DNA of 64,000 bases from assembly GCF_037042905.1 (NCBI RefSeq), contig NC_087245.1, forward strand, positions 10,046,001-10,110,000, given 5' to 3'. Position 1 is the stretch's first letter; every line of letters starts with the position of its first letter. The translations under genes and the position numbers were made by a program. Source of the stretch: Lytechinus pictus. Taxonomy: Eukaryota. The notes beneath the pieces were generated by a model. It searched no databases, was not told the origin of the DNA, and saw only the letters and a list, made by a program, of their open reading frames with translations. Positions 28,472-42,600 of the stretch are shown in pieces.

Positions 28472-31400
28472 AACATCAAATGCTCTTAAGAACTCGTTGC
28501 TGAGAATTAATAGTGCTGATGGATTTTCCAGATACAAAGACTGTTCATGATCTAGATATCCTAGTGGAGATCTTGGGAACTGGTCCCTGGTCTGTTATCA
28601 CTTGGATGTAATCATCACCGAAGCCATCATTCAAACATTGTAAGATTCCTTAGCAATGTCATGTAAATTTGGAGAGCTTGTGGGCTTTCCACAGACAATT
28701 ATGGTCAAGAAGATCCCAGAAAAGTGTCTTATCACATCAAAACCTTTTTGTAACCCTTGATCAGTAGAAAGAGCAGCAAGGCTAAAAAAAGAGAGTAAAA
28801 CAGAGAAAATATTAAGTTTACCCTTTGGGTTGAAGAGTTTGTACCAAGCAAACTTGTGCTTTTTGTGAGTTTCAGCATTTTATGACACGAAGCACATATT
28901 CTGTCTGGCAGATCTAGTGCTGTCAGTTAAAGTGAAAGATTTGTTGTTAAGCTGGAACAATTGTTAGGGGCGCAAGCTTGGTTTTCTCTTATCTTCATTG
29001 CGCTCTCCTCCCTATTCTGGGTCTTCTAACAAGTTACAAAAATTCAGCTGTTAGATTGACTGAGAGAATAACTATCATAGAATTCTGATGTTTGTTCCCA
29101 AGAATAAGTCTTGTGAAATAAGGCCATGCCAGAGGTGGTACCGGATACTATCTTGTACCTTTCTGCCTTTACAAATGTGAATTCTGATCATTCAATATAT
29201 ACTTTAATACCTACATTGTTTAGTTCCATGTAGTGGTGTATTCCTTACAGACCAGAATGAATAACACTGTCAAATAATTGAAATGAATTTCATCTTTGAT
29301 GATTTTCTTTTGTTCTGAGTAAATCCCCTTTACCTGAAACCCAATGTAAATGCTTTTACTCAGCTGTCATCCTGAAACGTGCACAAGAAGATATGCAGAT
29401 GTCAGGCATAGTTGACTATTTTTAGATGGGAAAAATAAGTGTGGCAGGGATAACAATATTGAGAAAATAAAAGTATAAAGAAGAGAGATAAGTTTTACAA
29501 AAGTATTAACATGCAAATGCCCCAACTATAAATGATGGAAAGGGTGTAAAAATGAATACATATTATATTTGCCTATTCAAGCTCACATGAGCAGAGGCGC
29601 AAGTGGTCACCTTGTATTAGAAAGTTTATTATGATCAGAGCTAAACCTCTGATATGTATCACAGATGTGGAATATCTCTTGAAATTTGATGTCGGTGTTT
29701 TATATAGAGTCTTGTACATGTATATAGAATAATCTTTGTATATAGACCAAAGGAATTGAATATTACAATGGTATTCTATGATGTTATATGAAAGCATCAT
29801 GCATTAATGTTCATTATTCATCAGGAGTTTTTTATTTTATCAATCTGTCAGTGAATGGAATTATTTGAATTTTTAAAATGTGATTTTACAATTACCAAAT
29901 TTAATGCACAAATGTTGATATAATTATGTTAAAACAGTTTAGTTCTGGATTCTTCATGTCTTCTTTTTCAGACATTTAATTTTTATTTTGGTGATTTTCA
30001 GAAATGTTACTCAATTATTTTGGTACCACATCCATATGAATTGGTGTGATTTCCAAATACTTTCAATTATGCTGATTAAGACAAAATCTGTCATTTATTA
30101 TGATTGCTATTGCACTATCCTCAATATCGTAGTAGAATTACTGATAGTAGAATTACTGAAGAGAAAATATTTCATTTGAAATGAGGGCCCTGAAATAGAT
30201 ATGACAATATCATCAGGGTAAGTACAAAAATAGAAGGAAAGTATGACATTCAATTTTTTCCTTTCTGATGTTAGATATTATTGTAGAGGACCCTTATCAT
30301 ATTAGATATCATTCCTACGTCATCAGAATTCATCTTTTATTTGTGCCTTTCTTTTTATACATGTATAATTCCATCAGATTGCATGTGTTTCTGTTATGTT
30401 TTCATGCTGACATCACTTTTTGTATCTGTTATTGTTACTTGCCTTTAATGTCTTTATCGTTTCAAAGTAAGTCATAAACAGTTATTTATGTTGTAGGTAA
30501 GGATGGAATTGATCAAATGAAAGTGAAGGCTTTTCTTTTTCATCTTTAGTATGAAGTTTGCTTTTAGCTCCCTGATCTCTGACTTTATACCAATTACCTG
30601 CCTGAACTAAATAAAAACTTTCATAAATGGATTTGCTTACATATGTCATGAGTGTTTCAGAAAGCTGTGTGTAAAATTCTCCCCCCCCAAAAGAAATCTT
30701 ATGCACAACTGGAAAACCAAAATAGATTTCAAAATCCTAACCACATTAGATGGAAATTAGAAAATGATTGTTTCCATTAACATTATTGCTGTAGATATAC
30801 TTCTCATCCAGAGTATATATTTTTTTTCTTCACAATTTGAATGAAATAATTTGAAACATTATGAATATTTTCTCATCCAACAAAGAAAAAAATGCATATA
30901 CATATTTCATATTAAAGCAAGGTATGGTATACTATGTTTCAGGAGAACTATCTAACATTTATTTGTCTCTGTTTGTGCCTTGACTCTCATTATTTTCTTA
31001 AAACTACTTTTCTCTCTCGCCCCTATATCTCTCTCTTGGCCCCAAACACTTTTAGTATAAATACTCTCCAATGAGCTGCATACTATTTTTCAAACTCCCA
31101 TTCTGCCCTCAAAAAGTAACACTTCAGTTTTTACTCCTGGTTGTCCTTGTGTATTTTAATGACAACCTTCTATTGTCTATCATCTGTTCTGTATTCTCAA
31201 CCTGGCTTGATTGCTCACTAATAATTGATTGAGGTCACTTTATTTTGGAGCCCACTGTAAGGCCACAAAGAAGTCCAAACTAATTAACTTCATGGTTTTC
31301 CGTCATCATAGAAATTCTTGTGGTTTGGTACAAGAAGCATAACATTTGGACTGATAAAAACTGTTTATTAAAACTAGTTCTTAACAGGGTATGTTGTAGT

Positions 31401-34400
31401 ATTATAGTTTTTAAAAATACAAGATAATTCTGAGTTGTTTTTTTTCTTCTTGAGGCTGTTCATGCATAAAAGAGTATACCATCTTTATACAATATTATGT
31501 GATTATTTAAATAGAGTGAGAGCTCTCGAGGCTGAATTTAATTGAATCGACTTGAATTTGGGGGTAATTACAGTTGCAAGATTTCTGTAATATCTCTGCA
31601 CAGCCTATGTATGGCCTTATTCCTATGATCTGTTTAAAAAAAAATTACGATTCAGGTGGAGTGAACACATCATGAGGTAGGACTGTAGCCATCTTCAACA
31701 CCCCTCTGAAAAAGTTATTGTGCATGATGTGCAATCAAATATGACTTAAGCATTACATGTAGAGAAACATTAGTCACAGTTACTACATCTAAACATCAGT
31801 AGAACCTCTAAAACATTTCATGTGGCACAGTTTAAATTGAGAACGTAATTTTATGAACAGCTTTATGAAACCCCTTGAGTTCATACATCCATTTATTCTC
31901 AGTGTGTTGCAGTTAAGAGAAATTTTTTAGTCATCTTAATTCATACATGTCTGCTATTTCATTGTGATACAATCTATTTTGTGATATGAACAAAATTCTC
32001 TCTTGTTTATAGATGCATTATGGAAATATTAATTTTACATAGATTTAAACTTATTTGTAATTTGATCTTTATTGTAATTTTGTTATGTTAGAGGGGGGAA
32101 AAGATGATTATTTTCTTTATTCATGTGAAAGTGTTATAACTGTGTTATAAATTGTGTATGTATGATATATATATTTGTAAATAATGATGCGAAGATTTAT
32201 AATTTTCAAGTATATGTTTGGTTATTGTTGATATATGTATCTATGGTCATGTCATACTTTCATTTGATTTTTTTCACATTTGTGATATTCAGATAGATAA
32301 ATTTGCAGATCAGTATTAAAGGCATATCTAGGTAAACATCTAATGTTTTAAGTTGCATATTATTGAACTATGAAATGGGTACTGCCCAGTTGATAAACCG
32401 AAAAACAGGACATAGGATGTAATTGAAATATTTCTCAGTTATTTCAACTAATCATTTTGTGAAGTGGACTACAAAGAGCAATATATGATTTTTGAAATAC
32501 ACAACTAAAGACATCAAAATTTCATACAAAAGTTATGAACAAAAATAACTGGTGTTCTAGAATAGTTTTCTAAAAAAATGAGACTCATATTGACAATCCG
32601 TTTTACAGGGCTGTTTGAATTTGTGCTGTGAATTATAAGAATTTTTTTTCAGCTGGATAACTGGAATGATACAGGAGGTATGACAACAAAGAAATAAAAC
32701 TAAGATATATGTAAATAGGATAATATTTGATTTATTTCTATACACACTTTCATCATTTCAAAAGGACGGATAGAACTTCTAAAGAAAGCACAGACTTAGG
32801 ATTGGTGTCATTCTGGTGATGTAGACAACAATGTATCTGCACTGTACAATTGCTTAAAAAACATTGGGGAAAAAAGTTGTATTAAGTTGTAATAAAAACA
32901 AAAAAGTACACAATATTTGAAATAAGAATAAAACATCTATTTACATAACCTCAAATATGATAGGAATTGGAATAAAAATCTGATCCGTTACTTTTATTTC
33001 ATTTTTTTTCAAAAACTTGAAAAACTTCTAGGGACACTGCATGAATATAATACTTCCTATGATATTTTATTTTATAAGAATTGCTTTGAAAGCCAAAGAA
33101 CACTCAATTGACTTTTGTGCATTATAGATGGCCTAACATCACCAAAATAAACACCAATCCTTAAAAAAATAGAATATAATCATCTGAATACTAGTAACCT
33201 GTGAATATGACACACTTCAATCAAGGCATGAGTGGAATACATATATAGTCATCACAAATACATGTTATCTATTCTCCAAACATATTTTATGATAAATGAT
33301 AAATAAACTTGCCTATAGAGCACTTACGCTTACTTACGAATCATATTATGTCGAGATTAAATTTAAAGATCAGATTCTAATTTTGAATCCCTATTAAACA
33401 GTAATTCATATTGCACAGTCATTCTAACTACAATTTGCACTATTCACATTGAGTTTACATTATTAGTCTAGAATTATACAATATTCCCAGGGCGACATAT
33501 CCTTGTCTCTCACAAAGCATTCATGTTCAGAAGAGTGAAAAAAAAACAAGGATGCCAAAACACTATCTTATCTCCAAGATGATCATGATGGTATCCGCTT
33601 AATTTTTTTTTTAGATTGAACATTCGGATTTAGATTGGACATCACTTAAATTTTTCAGTCATCAACACCACAAATAATTTAGCAACATTGTTGACATACA
33701 AGGTCCAGTCTTGCTGCTATGTTTGAGAAGTAGAACTACATGTACTCTACCATCCTACAAAGCAAAAACAGACTGAAAATAATATAAATTTAAGGCATTT
33801 TATATTATGAAAGCTCTAGGATATATTAGTATGACTTCCTATTTTCGTATTGAAAAATATATATAGTTCCTCAGAATCTATTATCAACAGTTAAAGAGTT
33901 TTGAAGTCGCAATGTACATTGTATATATTTTGCTGCATAGATTCTAAATACTTAACTGCATAGAAATAGCCCAACCCAATACAAAGACAAATACTTCATA
34001 TAAAGGATCTTCCTACATTCAATAAGATATGAATATGATATATATTTACATTCAATTATATAATCAACATAAAAAATATTGATATTGTGTTCACTTTACA
34101 GGGCTGCATGATATACCATGATATTTCAATGAATACAAAAATAGGTTTATGATATGTAAAGAAGAGGCTTCAATAGTTTTCAGACAAAATTTCCTCCATC
34201 TTCTTTGAATAGGTAAAATTAAAGTAATATTTTTATATTGTAGCTGGTGATATCTGAATGCCCTATTATGAAATATCATACAGCCCTTGTATATGATCAG
34301 AATATGTACAGATTATAATTTGAACGTTCAAGAGGAATGTCTCAAAAATTCATTGTTCATCAACAGGTCTCTTTACCTATTTGGAATGTGATTAAGTATT

Positions 34401-34554
34401 GGATACCATTTGATGAAGCTTGAGTTTTCATTCTCTCTGAGTAAACTTCTCAACCAATCAAAATCAAGGATTTCATGGATATCGTCAGAGCTGAAAACAT
34501 GTGAAAATAATAAATACAATACTATCATTACAACAAGACAAGATAATTCATTTA

Positions 34555-34620
34555 TAGTTTATACCATACTTTAGTTTATACCATACTATAGTTTATACCA
34601 TCTATAGTTTATACCATACT
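34555..34620. repeat. Minisatellite, about 17-bp unit tagtttataccatacta x4
   Basis: Four consecutive near-identical units. Confidence 0.9.
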
Positions 34621-36190
34621 GCTGGAGCAACGAACCTAGAATCTGAGAAATTAAATGTTTAGGAAAGTAAACGTGGCTTCCTTCACAACTGTAACAAAAG
34701 GATTAATGTTAACCTTTGACATGGTTGCTTTATTTCTTGAGCTAGAGAACTGATATTTGGACAGCATCTTTGACATATTATCTAGTCATTGAAATAAATC
34801 TACATGAAAGCAAAATCCCCCATTTTTTTTAGATACAAATACACATCACACTTGAATATGAATAAACTAAATATACCTCGTGAAATGTTTCGTTTTTGTC
34901 CCCCAACCTTACCTAAAACACCATCAAATAAAAATGAGGATATACTCAAAATTTTTGAATCTGTATAAAAAAATCATTAAAAAATTCTCATTTGAATTAT
35001 CAACCCACTGTTGATCAGAGAAAGCAATACATGTGTGGAAAATATAACCCTACATGCTAAGAGTTACTTACAATGGCATAAACAATAATTGTGGCAAAGC
35101 AAATAATAAATTCCATTATTTCAGCAAAATATAAAATCAACAAAGACGCTTTTGTTTGTTGAAATTAAATGCCCCTATTTTCCAAGCATTGACATGGATA
35201 CTCTCGTAGCAAAATATTTGTTCAACAAAAAAATGGCTATACTTTTAGCGGTGATCAATAGCTTAAAACGTCAGTGAAAATGAATCGTTGAAAGAGAAAC
35301 CTGAATAAAAAAAGTAAAATATTTTGTGTCACTTTTACAAGGCAATAATGGTAGTTACTTGGAATGTCTGTTTGAGTGGAAATTTTGGCATTAACCATGC
35401 CATGAAGTAAAGGGGTGTGATATCACAGTCAATCATCACCATGACAACCAATTGTAAACAATTTCAAGTAGTCTGTATATCTGCTATAATGGGTGGCTGT
35501 GGTGACATGAATACTAGCCACTGGCTCTAAGTTATGCATACATGTATGGTGTCAGGATTGTTTGTTTGAAACCGTACTTAGGTTGTAATAAAAGACTGAA
35601 ATCAACATTTTGATACCTTACATTTACGCTTGTAAGGAAAAGGTGGTGTTATAAGTATATATAATTAAATGTAAGTAAAAAAAATAGAGGCACATCTCTA
35701 TCCCTCACTGAGAGAAAGACTAAATCGTTTCTCCACTGAAGGCAGAATTGAAAATCTCCACCTGTACTAGAGCCATGTAATGTACCCCATATTCTTGTTG
35801 AATTCAAGCCACTAAATTCAACATTTTGTAGAAACTGTTATCTTTCTGAAAACAAAATTGCTAAAATGTTGGAAGTCTAATAAAAATCCTAAGCTGAAAT
35901 GAGCAATCAGAACTTAAACCCCACATTGTATGAAAGCAGAACATTACATGAGGCAGCTAGTGGTGAAAACCCATCATTAAAATGAATCATGGGTAATATA
36001 TAAGATCGGTAGGGATGAGTAACTCTCAAATTAGCAAATTCTGTAACTTGGTTGTGACACATCCACTGACCACTCTCCATTTAGCAATATTATGTTTTTA
36101 TGCTCCTCTGATCATTCTTACTTTAAAAAAGTAAAAGGAACCCTGCAGAAATAAAAATGTCAATGCTTTGTTGAAGCTTTGCATAGCCCT

Positions 36191-36609
36191 TTACCCATCA
36201 TCTTTACTCTCTGCTATCTCCTTGTAATGCTCTTTGAGTGAATCTGGGATCTCTATCCCAAGGTGTTCCAGAAGCTCAAAGTAAGACCAGGTGAATGCCC
36301 TGGTCATATCCTGAGAATGAGCAAAGACATTAGCTTCTGAGTGCAGCTCCTTGTTAAATGCCAGCCTGGCTTCAACCTCCTTCTGTCTCTTAGCAAGCTC
36401 TATGGCCAGCAGCCGTGCCTTCTCCTCTGCGATCTTTTCCTCGATCTCACGTTTGATGCGCTCTTCCTCTGCGATCCTGGCCGCCTCAAGTTCTTCAGCC
36501 TTTCGGCGCTTCTCAAACTCAAGACGCTCTGCTTCCTCCATCGCTGCTAGCATCTCAGCCTCGATCCGCTTTCGCTCTTCCTCTTCTTTCCTTCGCTGTT
36601 CTTCTTCAG
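36191..36609 (-). CDS. KIAA2012-like last coding exon
   Basis: tttAG|AEEEQRRKEEEERKRIEAEMLAAMEE...TRAFTWSYFELL...ESKDDG, then TAA. Confidence 0.92.
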
Positions 36610-39600
36610 CTAAATGAAAGAAAGTTGAAATACAAATAATGCTTAAGTTGTCCAGACTTTTTTAGTCTCAATTTTAAATTATGTAAGAAACTACAATGAG
36701 ACCTTGCCAATGCAGGAAGAGAACATTTGCTTGCATTGGGCATATTCTGGAAAGCAACTGTTGAGCAGTCTTAAAGACATCAATATGAAAAGATTATATC
36801 CAGAACTGCATTATGATAAAGTCAAAATGAAATAACATAAATTTCTACAGATGGTGCGATTAATCTAACATCTCTTTATAAGTAATAAAATATAGAGAAT
36901 TTATGTTTCAGACAACAAAAATGCCTCAAGTTGATGAAAAACAGAAAACAAGCTAAGACCAGACCATCCTTGGGCAACTCATTACAGTTGAAATGGTATA
37001 ACTGGTCATGTCCAGATGTAAACATTGGTTGACAAATATTTATGGAGGACAGTATATCGCTTTCTCACGATCTTAAAGATAATAATAAATGAATAATTAA
37101 ATATTTTACATTTCAAAGGAAAAATATCCATCCAGGAATCATGAAAAATATTACCTTTTCTTTTCATGTCCTCTTCACGTTTCTTTCGAGCCATTTCCTC
37201 CATCTTGCGTTTATACTCTGCTTGTTGACGACGCTCTCTCTCTGCTGCTATGGCAGCTTGTCGTTTCCGTTCTTCTTCCTGGCGAGCCAGCCTCTCTCTT
37301 TCTTCTGCTGCATTGGCTGCTCTCTCCCTTTAAAATCATGACAAATTGAAAAAAAGGTAAATGATTGTTATGTTACAAAGGTAGTGCATGCTGATGTTCT
37401 TACAATGGTAATTCTAATACTTTGTTTGCACCTAAATATTATACATAAAACAAAATGTGCAAGATTTGTTGATCTATCCAACAATCATGGTTGAACAACG
37501 AATATAACAAAATGTGCAATGGCAAGAGGAGCAAATCTGAAAAAATCAGAAGCCTTCTTTCATATGACCTATATTACATGAAAAGTATTTCTTCTCCTCT
37601 TTCCCTCTGTATTTTTTTTCTTCTTCAATGTGTCAATTTTCTAACTTTCCAATGTACATAATTCAAAGCTTCACATTGGGAAATTCTCAGCAAGTGAGAA
37701 AATCAGCTTGAATACGATATTTCTTTGGTAAAGTCAAAGAGTATGAAACTTTGTAATTATCTGGGTGCTCCACAGTGAATCTTCTCAGTGAAAGGAGAGA
37801 ATTTATCCTCAGTAACTGTTGTAACTAATGTTAATAAAAGTGTAACTTTTTTCTATATTACAAAGCATGTGCAGATCATGAGGAAATGCGGATTTCAGTA
37901 GTCGATGGGTTAACTAGCAATTCTTACAGTGCTTCTGCCTCTTTCCTTCTCTTCTCCTCTTCATATTCCAGCTTGATTCGTTCTGCTCTCTCTGCTTCAT
38001 CTTGGGCTCTCTTCTTAGCCTCTTCCCTCTCTCGTCTCTTCTTCTCAACAGCTGCTTTCCTTTTCTCAGCCTCAGCTGCTCGTTTGAAAGCCTTGGCTTG
38101 GGAACGAGAGATGCTGTTTGGTCCTTGACTGGTCGAGTCCTAGATTAGAAATGTGAGTAAACAGAGGTATTAATTAGAATGTAAATAATACTTCTGAGTG
38201 ATGTATACCAATGATATACTCAAGACAATTCCATCTGTTGCACAAAGCCATTAGGCTAAGAGTTATGAATGGCACAGCCCCAATGAAAGTAGATTGATTT
38301 TATAATGAACGAACTAAAAATGCTTCATCTCTTCTATGATGTATTTGATTGAAACACACTCCCAACAAGACAAATACACACTAACTCTTAATGTAAGAGC
38401 CACCACACGTGGAAACATCATCAAACAGTTTGCATGTATCATACCAGGTTATACCTGCATCTGAATTTTGGAAGCAATCATTTGAGTAAATGACCTACAG
38501 AGCACAACACAAACCATCACCAATAATATGATCTTTGACCCTATAAATTGTAGTATCATCAAAAGGAAGGGCCCATAGATGTGCGGAGGTGCCATGGCCG
38601 AGTGGTCTAAGGCATCTGAATAGACACATTAAAGTCTGGGGCTTGATCCTGGCCATGTCACTTATGACAATGAGCAAGGCATTTAATCAATAGTGCTCTT
38701 TTATCTTCATTTAAATAAATGGAAATGCTTTTAGCCATTCTTGGAAAGTATGGGTGCACAAGTAAAAAAAAATAGATGTGTAGGTTATACCAAGAGATAT
38801 CTTCATACCAAAATTTGAAATCTTTTTAAAAATGAGGTATACAAGGCTAAAGCTACAGGACAAGCTGTTGGTTGGCAGATTATCCCAAAATACACCAGAA
38901 TTTTAAAGAAATCTATTTTTTAAATTGGAATATTAAGGTAAACACGAGAATATTAAGTGGTGGTAGCAGTGTAACACAGCTAAATCCAGCAGTCCGTCTT
39001 TATTCAATAAGTTATAAAACAAGATCTTATTCCTACTTCTACTTACCTCTGTAAAATCTGTCATCTCAGAGTAATCTTCGCTGGGGGCAGCAGACACTGA
39101 GGGCTCCAACTTTATTTCATCAACAGGAAGTTCAGGAGGAAGTGACACAGGCTGTTTATTTTATTTTATCCAAAAAAAAATGAGTAAATTAAAATGATTA
39201 CTTACATAGTCTGGGAAAAGAAAAAGAAAATACATATACATGTATATTTCAAGGGCAAGGGCCATCCTTTCATGTAGTGGTATGCCTATGAAATGTATTT
39301 TGGAGTATTCTATTTCTGATGATAAATACATTGAATCATTAATTGGAATAATTCAGGAAAATCTACAAAGCCTCAAATAAATACATCAAATGTTTCATTC
39401 TTTACAGTATTTGATCAGTGTAGAGGAAGTGAGGTTTATGATATTCGTGATGAGATGTGCAAGTATGTTTCAATAAGTTTGATTCGAACATTTATGGAAT
39501 GAATGATTAATAAAATGAATGAAATTGAGTCATGATGCATGATGGGAAATTGAGATTTTGCTGGAATACTCTTTGGTTGACTGACAAGTGCGCAAGTTTT

Positions 39601-42600
39601 TCTTGAAAAGTGCTTTGAATGGTTAATTGAAATTGAAAACAATTATTATGAAGATGCAATAAAATGATAATAAAAAACATCATACGAGGAATGTATTTAG
39701 AAGTAGTGAGAATGATTAAATTAAAGAATCAGACTTTCTTTTCCATTTATATACTATTTCACTCCTTATACTTTAGTGTAGTGGTTGAAAATCATTTACA
39801 AATCCATATTTATTTTTGATTCAAAAACTGTCTTAAGAATAAAAAAAAGTTTTCTACTGGACTGAATCAATAAGAACAGTCCAGAGTTTAAACTGAGAAC
39901 TTCAACTACAATACTTGTTCTATAATTTCAACTCACCACATTATTTTTCAATTTATTAATCCGATGAAATGAATGCAGTAGGATGTTGAAGATAAGATTA
40001 AGATAGTAATGATATGATGTTATTATTCAAACGTGCAAGGACTTCTAAACATCCATGAGTTTGAAATCTAATTCAACAACATCAATTTACACTACTCATT
40101 TTGCTGCACACACACATAAAGTGAATATGAAAAGTGATTGCTGGAAGTGTGATGTATGTGACAAACACTAATTAGATGATTGTTAAAAAAGTGCATGAAC
40201 TCTGATTTGTGTGTGAAGATTGAAAAATCTACTCTAATGTCTAGTGCAAAATTGCATGCAGTACTACTATAACACAAAATATAACATAATTTAAAAGCAA
40301 TAATACAAATCAACTTTGGTGGTATACACCAATGAGTGCTCTAGAGAGTAGCATATATTAACTACCTAATTCAACCTGTACTGTTGGTCATAAGTGTGGA
40401 ATATCCCTCTACCCCTTAAAAAGACAATATTATAATCTCACTTTGATTTGAAAACAGATGTTGCATAACTTTACTTTAACATGGGCATTGCATCTGGCAG
40501 ATTTCTTACAACAAGAACTGGTCAGATGTTTTATCAGATAAAATATGTTGATGAAATGCTCTCCAAAAAGCATGTCAAACACTTCATTACCTACAAGGAA
40601 GGCACTGGAGGCATTGGGGCTCCCATCTCAATCCACTATAGCACCAATCGCTAACATCAACCCTGAAAGCCACATCAACCTGAGTATTCACATGGATATA
40701 GTCATTCAGCTACTATAAAACAATTGTTTTGTTCCCATCCTTTCAGTCAAGGATGAAATGGCTCTCATCCTTGTTGCAGGATCATGCCTTCTGTGCTACC
40801 TCTAGCCAAATCTTAATGAATACATTATTTGATTTTAGTCATCCTGTTGCAGTGCTACCATTCCTTCATGTATTGCTGTTGTTGATCGAGGAATCATCCA
40901 GGGACCATCTCTACTGTTATACCAAATATTATTGCAGGTAAAAATGCAATCTTCTTTACAATGTGATATTACAGAAGGAGACAAAATAGGCTTCTGCACC
41001 CTGCAGCATAGAATCTAAATATAATTCAATTTTTTTAATGTGGTAATGTTACCTCAGTGATCATAATTAACCATATTTATCTATGTGTAGCCCAGGCATG
41101 ATATTCCCCTCTCAAAAAAAAAATCTGTAAATGAATAGCCAAGGGTCGCTAAGTCATCAACGAAGTTCGAGGTGCCCTGGTCGGGGTTACAAGCTCTTGC
41201 ATTGTGAAGAAATCATTTTTTTCAAGGTGAGTCTGCATGATAGTTTTATCATTTGACTTTAAAACGCAGTAAAAAAAACCATTATGATAATGTTCTTGGG
41301 CAAAGGATTTCTTGTGATAAAAAAAATATTTCAAAAATATTTCAAAAAATCCGAATTCTGATTTTAATCGGGAGAATATCATGCCTGATGTAGCCTTTCA
41401 AATACTAAAGAAAACTGTTAGTTTTACCACCTTTATGACCAACAGTGTTTGGTATTTCTACAAAAAAAAAGGATTTTGTAACTAGTTATAACACTCTAAA
41501 ACTAAATTACAAATAAACATAACTCATTGAATTTGATGAAGCTATGAAACATCACAACAAGATCACTACAAAGTGAGTTTACTATCAAAATGCTAGGAAT
41601 TGAATTATTACTGTATGAAGAGTAAAGATACAAGTTAACCCAACTTTGGCAAATTCCCATGTACATATTTGAAAATCCTTTTTACAGAACTTTCCTAGAA
41701 TGACCAAATGCTTGAAGCAATCTCAAAAGTACCGGTAAAGCAATCCTCTGAACCATGACTGAACAAAAATTGTTCCTGGAAGTGTGCTTTGTTGAAAATA
41801 TGTATGAAATAAAAAGTGAGACAACTGTGTATTGTTATGAATTACACATGAACCTTTGGCTCAGTTGCCTAACACTTATCACATTTCCATAGCAACCAGA
41901 TAAATTGTGCTTGCAAAAGCCAGACAGTGAGCACAAAAGTAGCATAAATCTGATTTGATTCAGTTGATTGGTTGTGGATAGAAACTGTATTCCAGGATCT
42001 TACTGGTGTTGCCTTTATAACACATCCAATATACTGCCTAGTAAGATTACTTATCAATACTACCATGGATGACTGAGTATATAATAATAATTAGCCAAAG
42101 TTGGGTTAACATTTCATTCTGATTCACACTCAATAACCTTGTGAATAAAGGGTTTACAATTTTTATACAAATTAATATCATCTCTTTCAGAGATTAAAGC
42201 TTATTAAAACAGGTGATATTGCAACATAATGAAGCACAAATGTGCATCCCCACACTAACAGAACGCTATAAACATGAAACCATAACAAGTTTCATCACTA
42301 ATATTTCAAAATAGATTCAGGAGAGACTACAATAATAATGAAAAATAATATAACTAAAATTTGGTTTCATTCAGCTTTCCAATCATTTCTATTTGTACTT
42401 TGAAAGAAGTGAATGTGAATAAAAGTGAACATGCAGCATGTATTTAGAGTTTTTAAATTTGAACGATCAAGGACAATTGTACTTATTTCACCACAGGCAA
42501 TAATAAAGGTCATGCAGGACTTCCTAAATATACTATACATGCAAACATTAACATAGAGAACACGATTACATTATTTTTTTTCGAATCATCAAACACATCA

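Noticed and set aside
38585..38665. tRNA gene
   Set aside because: Only the A-box/D-arm is recognisable; the B-box is decayed, there is no acceptor stem, and it continues into a SINE-like body.
40591..40662. 72-nt AG..GT-flanked segment on - as an extra exon
   Set aside because: The required phase 0 gives an immediate TGA; it is open only in an incompatible phase.
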